Assembly (NCBI GenBank): GCA_050230475.1
Contig: JBFLGF010000190.1
Span: forward strand, 62,001-87,610
Origin: Ancylonema sp.
Taxonomy: Eukaryota
Direction of reading: 5' to 3'
Length of the DNA: 25,610 nucleotides
The position numbers and the translations under genes are program-made. A model generated the notes under the pieces. It saw only the letters and a list, made by a program, of their open reading frames with translations. It was not told the DNA's origin and searched no databases. Every line of letters starts with the position of its first letter. The first letter of the stretch is position 1. Shown one piece after another: positions 1 to 9,180 of this stretch.

Positions 1-1
1 C

Positions 2-277
2 AAAGAAGGGGACTAGTATAAGACAACGTTCCGTTGCCGCTACGGGCATTTTGAGTACCAGGCCTGCCCTTTCGGGCCGACCACTGCCCCTGCCGCCTTT
101 CAGTCGTTTACTACGGATGTGTTTCGGGAGTAATTGGACGCCTTCCTAGCACGCATGCTTGACGACATGATCATCTATTCAAACACTCCCGAGGATCACG
201 TCCCCCACGTCCGTCCACTCCTAGCAGTCCTACGGATTCACAAACTCTATGCTAAGATCAAGAAGTGTGAGTTTCAC
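2..277 (+). pseudogene. Ty3/gypsy reverse transcriptase fragment (disrupted, runs off the window start)
   Basis: Frame 2 reads KEGD*YKTTFRCRYGHFEYQACPFGPTTAPAAFQSFTTDVFRE*LDAFLARMLDDMIIYSNTPEDHVPHVRPLLAVLRIHKLYAKIKKCEFH, matching the gypsy RT pattern KTAF..RYG.FEY..MPFGL.NAP..FQ / YLDDI.IYS / KC.F. It has two stops and YLDD is changed to MLDD. Confidence 0.93.
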
Positions 278-387
278 CCTCTTGTTGGTTGTAAGTTATG
301 ATACTTGTGCGAGTGTGTGTCCTGCTGCATCGATTTTGGCGCGTGACGCAGCTCGGATGTCTGTGTGGCTTATAGTAGCAAGGTAGA

Positions 388-906
388 CTATCGTATTTGT
401 TTCCCATGGTTAAAAATGAGGATCATAATCTGTCTCAACGTGTGTGAACGGTAAAATTTCCGGTGCATGGTGTCAATCATATTCAAACATTGGAACTCAA
501 AATCTGCTAACACGTCTTCTTCATATGAGGAGATGAACATGGTTTCGTTGAAGTCTTTGCCGATGATATCGATCGATGTCCCCGGGTATCCTGCCTTGAT
601 GCATTGAATTTGTAAATTTTGTGTAGCTCGGTGTGGCTGTGTATGGTTAATTGGAATAGATGCCATGTGTTGTTCTTCTGTGTTCCAATCAACTTCGTTA
701 TGTATTTTTTGTGTCCATGTATCGAGCTTGACACCAAGTGGCACCAGGAATGCATTGCCAAGTAAAACCGAGAACGTGTCCGATTGTGATAATTGTAGAT
801 GCACTTCAATCGTTGTCTGATTTTTGCCATGTCGATGGTAAATGGTAAATGGTATCTTTTTCTTCGTGGTTCCAAGTGTTTGGTATACTTCCCCAAAGAA
901 TGTCGA
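388..906 (-). pseudogene. C-terminal half of a retropepsin-like aspartic protease plus linker from a Gypsy-type element (5' truncated)
   Basis: The frame is open from 906 to 388: STFFGEVYQTLGTTKKKIPFTI...IEVHLQLSQSDTFSVLLGNAFLVPLGVKLDTWTQKIHNEVDW...MASIPI. VLLGNAFL fits the retropepsin psi-loop motif (hydrophobic-hydrophobic-G-x-D/x-x-L). The catalytic D[ST]G half is missing. Confidence 0.6.
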
Positions 907-2063
907 CTAAATGATGCCAAGGTCTAAATCAAGCGGGGCAAGCTGACTGAAGAGCAGGAGTTTCTCCGTCAGACGCAGGAGACCGTTGCTACAGCCAAAA
1001 AGAAGATAAAAGGGATGGCGGCCGAACTCAATGTGGAGGGCAAGAAGCTCGGCCAGGGGGAGGTCTCGGTTGCGGAGGTGGTGCTCGAGGAGGCCACCAA
1101 CGAGCAGCTGATCGTCGCAGCGCGTGCGAAGCTTTCTATTGGGGAGTCTGAGTCGAACAAAAACCAGTACTTCAAAGTGCTCACTAGTCAACATGCCGTG
1201 CCCATGTGGGACCCCGAGGGTTCCATGACTTTTTCTGATTGGTTCCTTGGTGCCCGCACGACTTGTGACGATCTGGGATTTGGCGAGAGGTTGGGCATGC
1301 GGCTGATGATGCAGCGCCTGGCGAAAGAGCCAAATGATTTTTGGCGTGATTTTGAGGCCTCTCAGATTCGTGAGGGGGGGGATCCCTACACTTACTAGCA
1401 ATTTGAGGTGCAGATATTGGTGGCTTATGGCCACAACGACGCAGCAGAGAAGCATCGTTTTGCTTACTAGAGCTGCAAGCAACATGGCCCTTTTCAACAA
1501 TTCTTGCTTGAGCTGTAGACTCACCTCACTGGCATGCACCCAGAAACTCGTCCTGGTCGTATGGCGCGCATTGCGCATCTTATTGCAGCGCTGGAACTTG
1601 AAGAAGGGCGTTTTCAAGAAGGGGCCAGGCGTGGGGGGTACGTGGCCTGACTATGAGCAACTGGTTGCAGCGATAGTTGTTGTGGACGTTACCTACCAGG
1701 AGGAGAGGGACGCCGCCCGCGGCAAAGCCAAGGTCGACCCCGAGGAACTTGGCTTCCTCTATGAGGAAGCGCAATGCGGCGTTGCACGCGCAGAAGGGGG
1801 GGGGATCTGGAGGATCCGGTAACCCTGTCAAGAAAGGCACCACTTATGCCGGAGCAGTCAAGGGCGGTGAGGCCAAGACTTACTCTCGGGGGGGCAGCAG
1901 CAAGCCCCGGCTTAGTGCTGAAGCTCGGAAGAAGCTCTTCGAGGAGAAGAAGTGCTTCACATGCCACCAGCTAGGCCATTTGGCTCGTGACTGCCCTACC
2001 CGTGTGGGAGGCAAGCCTAGTGGAAATGGTGGAAAGAATAATAGTAGGGTGGTAAAAGGATAG
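907..2063 (+). pseudogene. gag: Ty3/gypsy gag (frameshifted, internal stops) with C-terminal CCHC zinc knuckle
   Basis: Consecutive ORFs 1015-1398, 1334-1822 and 1677-2063 are GC-rich and collinear. The last contains RLSAEARKKLFEEKKCFTCHQLGHLARDC (CX2CX4HX4C) and lies directly upstream of protease, RT and RNase H. Confidence 0.88.
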
Positions 2064-3283
2064 CTCGCCCTGACTTGGAGTCACGGGGTGAGCTAGTCCA
2101 GGCTAAATTTTTAGTCGCCAACAAAAATGATATCATTGTATTGAGTGGAAAATTTCCACTTATCGTTTGGAATAGAATTCATAAGTCATTTGTTGATGAT
2201 TTGTACAAATGTGATGCCGTGACTCCACCTGCTTTCTTTGCTATAACACACCAGCCAGCAGATGTGTACTTGTGTCTCCCTCTTGGTAAGGAGTTGGAAG
2301 ATTGCATAATGCATTTCACGAAAATAACGGGCTCATTTAAATGCATTGTTATGAAATCTAGAGCACAGCACACGGGTTGGCCGATGGCATTCTCCGTTGT
2401 AAAGCAAGTAGATAAGTATGAAAAAGTCAATCAGGTGCATGCGCTAAGGGTTACCCTCGCTAACTTCCCTGACTTAATGCTGAACACCATTAATGCTAGG
2501 ATGTTAGCACTTTCACGGCATTGTCATTTGAAGCTTTTGTAGCTGGTGTTCCAATATCGATCACTTTGGATACACTTGCCAGCCAAAACTTCATAAGTGA
2601 ATCGTTTGCTCGTCAACATCACATCTCGTTCACTCCTCGTGACAAGGTCAAGGTGACTTTGGGGGATGGACATGAGGTCAATATGGTGGGTCAAGTGACT
2701 CTTCATAATTGGATTTTGATATTGAGATATGTTCGACAAGCTTTGTCGATATTGCGAAAATATAAATTTTATGCTAAAAAGAAGAAGTGCACGTTTATGC
2801 AAGAAAAGCTTCTTTACTTAGGGCATGAGGTCGGTCCGGACGGCATCCGACCCGACACTCAAAAACTAAGTGTGGTGCCAGATTGGCCGGAACCACGGGA
2901 TGCCAAGGAAGATCGTTCCTTTTTAGGATTGGCGATTTATATCCGTAAGTTCATTTATAGATTTGCGGAGATCGCTAAATCTGTGAAGAACTTGACAAAC
3001 TTTGCATCAACACACTTTGAGTGGACATCGGAGTGTCAAAAGTCGTTCGATCGCTTAAAATGGTGTTTAACACACGCGCCTACGTTGGCATTGTTTGACT
3101 CGGAACTTCCTTGTGAAGTGGTCACGGATGCATCTATGCATTCTTTGGGGGGTGTTCTACTCCAGGGAAATCGCGCAAGTGCGTATGAATCCAGTACCAT
3201 GAATGGCGCGGAACAGCGCTATGGAGTCGGTGAGCAAGAATTGCTCGCCACAGTCCACTGTTTGCGCAAGTGGCGGTGCTACA
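2048..3283 (+). pseudogene. pol: Ty3/gypsy pol remnant: unidentified N-terminal domain, aspartic protease, RT C-terminus/connection, RNase H (RT core deleted, 3' truncated)
   Basis: Protease ITLDTLASQNFIS (DTG changed to DTL); RT end YAKKKKCTF...YLGHEVGPDGIRPD...DWPEP...RSFLGLAIYIRKFI; RNase H VVTDASMHSLGGVLLQ...AYES...EQRYGVGEQELLATVHCLRKWRCY. There is a frameshift near 2520 and no integrase. Confidence 0.93.
2051..2099 (+). promoter_or_regulatory. Putative -1 programmed ribosomal frameshift signal at the gag-pol junction
   Basis: Heptamer G_GTA_AAA (2051-2057) is in the gag frame, and the -1 frame is open from 2048 onward. It is followed by the hairpin TAGCTCGCCCTGACT-TGG-AGTCACGGGGTGAGCTA (2061-2095), which can extend with GGA/TCC pairing. 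Confidence 0.7.
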
Positions 3284-3760
3284 GATGTGTTTGTCGGTAT
3301 GAGTGGGAACCAAATTGTAAAGCGTTGATTGTTATAATTTTCCCCAAAAATCGTGATGCTACATGTACAAGTTCCTTTGACCACAAGGGGTAATCAGATG
3401 GCCTGGTGTGATTGTAGAACATGTACGTAGGTATGAATGGCTGCTCTTTGTGGAGTTTTTGAAGGAGTGCCAGTAGGGAAAACAGGGCTGCCACTCGAGG
3501 ATCTTTGATTGTGGAAACGGGTGTCTCATTACGGACCACCTCGGTGTGCCAATTGCCGCAGATGAAGTCCACTCGTCCATGAGTCATGATATCATACGAG
3601 AGAGGTCGGTACTCGTCGTATTCACTAGTGCATTCGGTAATCTTGTATCTTGTAACACAGAGTTCGGTATTTTCGAATAGTGTCTGGGTGTCTTTAACTT
3701 GTCGCCGTTGTGACATTTAACCCTCCGAGTCTTCTTTTTTAGTGGCAGCTTTTTGCAAGT
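3282..3760 (-). pseudogene. C5 cytosine DNA methyltransferase-like fragment (motifs IV-VIII), catalytic residues substituted
   Basis: ORF 3279-3716 reads HGRVDFICGNWHTE (motif IV position, normally D-h-h-h-x-G-x-P-C-Q), IKDPR (motif V), PTYMFYNH (motif VI, normally h-h-E-N-V) and FLGKIITINALQFGSHSYRQTH (motif VIII, normally h-D/N-A-x-x-F-G-x-x-x-x-R-x-R), in the correct order and spacing. Recognised by eye only. Confidence 0.7.
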
Positions 3761-3847
3761 GCGTAATAAAAAAAAAAATCCCCCGACACCCGTGACCTTT
3801 CACCCTTGTCAATTTTTAGCACCCTGGCTTTGAGTGTTCACCGAACA

Positions 3848-5074
3848 GAAATTGGCATAGTAGTAATCGCTGACAAAAACAATCCCCGACCAGATGCAGA
3901 GTTTCTCGAGTACCTCGAAGGAGATTTAGATTTTGACATACTAGTGTATGTAGTGGACAAGAGACTAGTACAACCGATTGAAAAAGGTCTCACCCACAAG
4001 TTCATCGAATTCTACTCTGGCGAATACAAACAATTCCGATTCAGAAAACAATCTAAGTGAACTCGATTTTTTTTTGCCTATCAATCTGTTCGACGAATCA
4101 CCTGTAGACGTTGTAATACAACTAGGTGGACCCACGGCACAGGCCATCGCAGACGCAGCACCCATTGCTGTGATACAGACAATACCCTTTAATGTCACCT
4201 CATAACATATTTTTGACACCACTGCAGACGACATGTCTGAACAATAAGTACCCCTGTATTCTGGAGAGGTCGGTGATAAACAGGAGGAATTTATCGATGC
4301 ATTGTGGTCATACTACAGATAAAAAACTTCAAACGAACGGAACGGACATGTTCAATGGGACACCATCGAGTATGCAAGTCAATTTACAAAGTGAAGCACA
4401 CTGCCACTGGGCAATATACTTTTTACATAACTAACTATAAAAAGCATCTGGGACTCGAACCCAATGTCACGCTGAATCCAGATCTACACCAACTAGTAGA
4501 TCTCAGCACCACAACGGCTGATACCCTGTAGATATGGCGTGAATGTCCTAAGGCAGAGTCCTCAATTGAATCGAGCTCCGACTCTAATTCAGTTGAAGGC
4601 GTTACACGCCCTCAGCTGACAGCGATTGCCAATGTCACATCTCAAAACGGACAACTTCGAGCAGCTGTTCCCAGGCACCGATGGATCTCCAACATTGAGC
4701 GATTACTCAACCCATGACACCAAGAACAAGACAAAAAGGCCAACACTTACAGATATGAGAATCACCATTACCAGTCCCACAATGAAAGACAGTTCATGCC
4801 GCCGATTACACCTTCACACGACAACCCTGACCATGTTTTAACATGGCAACCGCATCTGCGACAATATACGTACGGGGAGGGGATGCTTAAAGACAACACC
4901 AACAACCACTGGGTATCACCTGCATCTCGAGAGCGTGCAAAATTTTTACATTACGATTTGGATGACACATCCATCCCTGCACACCCGGACGCAAACTACT
5001 TCAACAAACGAAACTGCCAACTCCTTGGTAGAATGTTGGACAACCAAATTTGTACATGGTATGGCGGTCTACTT
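3848..5074 (+). pseudogene. Near-complete but degenerate C5 cytosine DNA methyltransferase-like domain (retrotransposon type), several frameshifts and stops
   Basis: Across ORFs 3806, 3978, 4192, 4304 and 4796: GIVVI...LEGDLDFDILVYV (motif I/II position), SPVDVVIQLGGPTAQ (IV, 4098-4142), YPCILE (VI, about 4249-4266), FYITNY (after VIII, about 4421), GEGMLKD...VSPASRERAKFLHY...TSIP (IX) and QLLGRMLD....TW (X, to about 5059). The IX/X block is the strongest match. Confidence 0.65.
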
Positions 5075-5307
5075 GGTGCACTTCATCGACAATCCCAAGA
5101 TGTGGGGGGGGTTGCAGCCACAACACCAACGGTTCCTCACCCAACAAAGACCCCATCTGAATCCAACAATTTCCATTCAGAATTTGAATCACATACATCG
5201 GACACGAGCTCTGAGAACTATTACCCTTTCCCATTCCCAGTACACGTGGATAAAATGGACGAAGACACCAGTTCAACATTACCTGTCTCCAACTCCACAG
5301 CATCATC

Positions 5308-5876
5308 TGAAAGCACGACGCTCACTGTCGCGTTCTTCATCACTCATCTTTGCTATGCTATACTCGTTTGCAAAGCGATAATTTGTGTGTGCAATATCAA
5401 GTTAACCATGACATCTCATCTCACTCACACACACCATGGACACAAGGCTCGATTTTTTGTCCAAAGACTCGTTAGCAACTTGCACCCATATAGAAAACCA
5501 AAACTCACACCTTTTATCACCTTATCATGAGAAATCTACTCAACAAGCCTAGCCACGTTTCCTAACTCGTGTGGAAACAATACAAGGCAACTCGATTGCC
5601 ATCCGGATCGCCTGAACTCGATCGGCGCCGTTTATCGAACATCATGTGTGGCTAGAACAAGTACTTAGCAAATATCTAACAAAATAAGCATCACAACCGC
5701 CACACACATATTGAGCGGATCCGGCCATAATGAATGGTCCCGGATTCCGCCGTTCACACCACAAACATCATAATTACTTTCCAAGACAAATATCCTACTC
5801 CCTCTAACTCAAACCTCCTCACAATAAATATTCCCTACAATGCAACATTTCAGCCTATAGGCACTAAATGCCTTCA
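5308..5876 (-). repeat. 3' LTR of a minus-strand Ty1/copia element
   Basis: On the minus strand it begins TGAAGGCA right after PPT AGGGAGGGGGA (5878-5888) and ends TGCTTTCA at 5308, a 7/8 terminal inverted repeat. The left boundary is less certain than the right. Confidence 0.7.
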
Positions 5877-5900
5877 ATCCCCCTCCCTGAACTATTGCCC

Positions 5901-6020
5901 TCATGCACTCTCCATCCCAACTAGAACCTTTCCAATATTTAGCACTTTCAAGGTAGCGTGCTTCGTCAACATATCAGCAGCCATTTCCCTAGTCCGCAAA
6001 AATTACCTCGCACTTCTCTG
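5901..6020 (-). pseudogene. Ty1/copia RNase H C-terminus fragment
   Basis: Minus strand reads FLRTREMAADMLTKHATLKVLNIGKVLVGMESA*, the copia ADxLTK...G(M/L) end, followed by a PPT and TG. Confidence 0.85.
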
Positions 6021-6360
6021 ACCTCAAGTTGTGTAGACATATTGTCAAAGAGTTGTGCAAAGTTCAAATTTTCTGACTACACGGATGAAAAAAGTGAAAA
6101 AGTGAAAAAGTGAAAAATGCTTTCTTCTTGTCTTTGTTTTTCACTAACTTGTGGTATTTGTGTGTATGTTCAAGGCTTCGGCCCGAAAAACGAGTATGGA
6201 GCGGGAGCGTGTGAAGTTCAAGCCAGGATGATTTTTGATTTATGTAGGAGCCCCTAGTTTGCCTTTATGACTAGGGAAAAGACCAAACTACCCGGTTACA
6301 ATGTAGGGTAGTCCTCTTTTGCACTTAGGCAAGTGATCCAAGGGGGTGTGTTAGGAGGGG
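6021..6360 (+). mobile_element. 3' internal region (UTR and PPT) of a plus-strand LTR retrotransposon
   Basis: Ends in AAGGGGGTG / GGAGGGG immediately before TGTTAGG and contains a (GAAAAAGT)x3 microrepeat at about 6088-6117. HFSDLKLCRHIVKEL near 6011-6055 weakly resembles a chromodomain end. Confidence 0.5.
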
Positions 6361-6849
6361 TGTTAGGAATTGTTCGGATAGGCGCCTACTTGACTTGATT
6401 GCCTAGTCCGGAATAATTGCCTACGTCTTTTGTTGCACGGTGCCGGGTACACCGCACCCGGGCATCCGTCCGTCTTTGCTCGGGTCCACAATTGTACGGC
6501 GGGTCAGTATCTAGTTGTCGTTAGATATGTCAGAACGACTCTAGGGCGGTGTCATCAATCCATCGGCTAGCAGTTTAGTCCGGCAAGTTGCCGTGGACCT
6601 TTGATGTGACGCTAGTTTGTGATTGGCCAACGGTCGGAGTTCCGACTGTCGGCTATAGAAAAGTGTCCGAACTAATTTTCCCGTTGTACGATCGTCCGGA
6701 TACTTTACTTCCGACGATGACACTTTTACAATAACTGTTCCACAAGCAAATCTCCTGTCGTACGGAAAAACATCTTTGCGTTGTAGCCTGATTCTGAGTA
6801 TCGAGTGCAATTGGCCAACCGAACGCTGAAAGTAGGGAACCAACCTACA
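6361..6849 (+). repeat. 3' LTR (TG...CA) of a plus-strand LTR retrotransposon
   Basis: Follows a purine tract, begins TGTTAGGAATTGTTC and ends GAACCAACCTACA (imperfect terminal inverted repeat). TGTTAGG is duplicated 12 bp upstream at 6349, which is an alternative start. No TSD. Confidence 0.65.
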
Positions 6850-6959
6850 CCAACTACTCTAGTGATATCGAGATGATGACCCAAAGCCCAATCCTGATAC
6901 TGCTCACCCACACAAGCAGCCAAGTCATCAAGTATCATTCTTCGTCATTTCCATCGACG

Positions 6960-7071
6960 AAGAAAAAAAGAAAAAGTGACGTTTTCCATATTTTTGCACA
7001 CATATGTCGATTTCTTTGTTTTGAAAGATTTCGTCGACAAATTTTGTGCCGACTTCATCTGGCACGTCATA
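6960..7071 (+). repeat. Dispersed repeat B, copy 1
   Basis: TGTCGATTT...TTTCGTCGACAAATTTTGTGCCGACTTCATCTGGCACGTCAT aligns with TGTCGATTT...TTTCATCGACAACTTTCATGTCGACTCAATTTGGCACGTCAT at about 8587-8651. Confidence 0.7.
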
Positions 7072-7721
7072 TCGAATGACGGATACTTATAATCATACAC
7101 AGTGGACAAGGAAAGTTATAAAATCCGCGTATGCTCTTCACAAAATTTTCACAGAAATAGACCTCCTAAACATTGTATCTAACATTTCGGATGAGTACAA
7201 GTTTTTCAGGTTGGGACAACTCCACAAGCAACTTCAACAAATAGAGGCACAAGACAACCAACTACCACCAAATCTTAGACATTAACGAGATGAGCACATG
7301 GTAGTCTTACGAGTGCATCGACAACGTGATTGGCAGGACGATTTCTTGACCATCTCACTCATGCATAAGCCAAAGCCGAGATCATCTGGAAACATGCTTT
7401 GTTTCACTAATTTTAGCGAGAAGCTCCATCACCCATGGTCCACGCTCCGACACCAATTCCAGCCTACACTAACATGACAATCACCTCAATTCCTCAATAT
7501 CTGCATATCACCAAAAAATATCATCACAGGCTTACGAAACGGGAGTAGGGATTTTCAATTCGCTCATGTGCGAGGAGAAAGTCAAACCAACATTGGAAAT
7601 CAAGTCTGCAACCAACAACAAGCATGTCACATTTTGAGCCATCAACGTTATCACTCCAGTCAAGGCAAGCACACAGATCAAAGAGCTACATAAATGTCCG
7701 ATTGCTAAAAATGGTGTCGGG

Positions 7722-7790
7722 GGAGTGGAAGCAAAAAGTACATGGTTAATTAATTTCATAAATAAGCTGAGTGAGCACGTTGGTTTCTTA
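7722..7790 (+). repeat. Fragment of repeat family A (internal part)
   Basis: GAGTGGAAGCAAAAAGT...AGTGAGCACGTTG matches 9113-9170. Confidence 0.65.
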
Positions 7791-8526
7791 ATAAGCTGGG
7801 TTCATCGCTTCGCTTACGTGATTGTCATTATTGCAAAAAACAAACCCTGCATGCTATGTGCATTCTGAACATTTTGCGTACGTGTAGTTTCACACGTAAG
7901 TTATTTTCTTTGTCACTTTCGTTTAAAGAATCATCAAGTTTTTTTTTAAATTACCGTTACCCTTGGTATCGCTTGCAAGTTAATTTACGAGCACATTCGT
8001 TGACGTTAGAAAACCTTTACATACTGAACTGCGTTGTCTCGCGTACGTTTTGTTTGCAACTTCTTTTTATTGAACTGCAGTATCGTGTGATTTATTTGCT
8101 TGCATAGTGAGCTCTTCACGTCATAGAAACTATAAGACCCGTCTCGCGTAACGTGAAGATATCCAGCAATCCAATATCCAATATCCAGCAATCACTGTAG
8201 AACTTCATCGGCTATTTTCCCCTGCAGTCTGTTACTTCAATTATCGCGTGTTGTGAGATTGCTTAGTTGCGATGCTTGATCAACAAAAAGTTGTTCATAA
8301 GATCTCCGAACGTGTCTCGCTAAGTGCATTGCAGTCTTTAGTGAGCAATAACTCAATTATGAAGTCCACTCATAAGTTACATGTAGTTATAGTTATCCAT
8401 TCTCTGTTTCCATCCGTTGAGACTAAATGATGTCCTCAAATGACTATGAGCGCCGCAACCTTTATTCTTAGCAGTATAAATAAAACTTTCATTACTATCA
8501 GAAGTGAAACCTTGAGGCCATTTTCG

Positions 8527-8651
8527 AAAGAAAAAGAAAAATATAAAAGGTTCAAGTTTGAAAGTTTCCTATAATCTTCAAAAATTTGTCGATTTGTAGC
8601 TTTTGCAATTTTCATCGACAACTTTCATGTCGACTCAATTTGGCACGTCAT
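8527..8651 (+). repeat. Dispersed repeat B, copy 2
   Basis: Diverged direct copy of 6960-7071. Confidence 0.7.
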
Positions 8652-8943
8652 GAGCAGGCACGTCAAAAGTAGTAAATTGCCGAATATTTATTCATGTGAT
8701 ATATGTTCTTACAGAGTTTGATTACTTAGTTGTTTGATAGGTGTAGGAATGGTGAATGATGGGATATATTGATTTGTTGAAACGTTCGACTTGAAACATA
8801 AATTATGTTCACTTTTGGTACTGAAAGATCCAATTATCGTTTTGTAATATCGCAACTCTCTTCATCGCATGTGAGAAATGATGAAAACATGACAATATCG
8901 TATAATATAGCTTCGCAAACAGGAAAACTTATCTTAGCCCATA

Positions 8944-9180
8944 CTGTCGGGACCGGGGAATATTGTTAATTGAGAGAAGTCATTAATTGACACGTCATAT
9001 TCTAGGTGAAATCCCGAAATCGGGCGGAAAAAGTATACTAGTTAAGACACGTTATAATTAGCACACTATTATTTGAGACTGGTTTGAATTTAATCGCTAA
9101 AAGGTGTTGTAAGAGTGGAAGCAAAAAGTGCAGAGTCAAATTTTAAAAAAAAGTCGAGTGAGCACGTTGTTTTTTGGGAT
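8944..9180 (+). mobile_element. Repeat family A, probable TA-flanked Tc1/mariner-like non-autonomous element, copy 1
   Basis: Starts TA|CTGTCGGGACCGG and aligns over about 150 bp with TA|ATGTCGGGACCGG at 24992. A possible degenerate right TIR (CCGGTCCGAG) lies near 9342-9351. Confidence 0.6.

Noticed and set aside
907..1617. 236-aa minus-strand ORF and other antisense ORFs over gag and over the Copia pol
   Set aside because: These are shadow ORFs opposite recognisable retrotransposon coding sequence, with no motifs of their own.
5308..5530. Hydrophobic, transmembrane- or env-like C-terminus of ORF 4796-5530
   Set aside because: It falls inside the inferred antisense Copia LTR, so it is read-through into inserted non-coding DNA.
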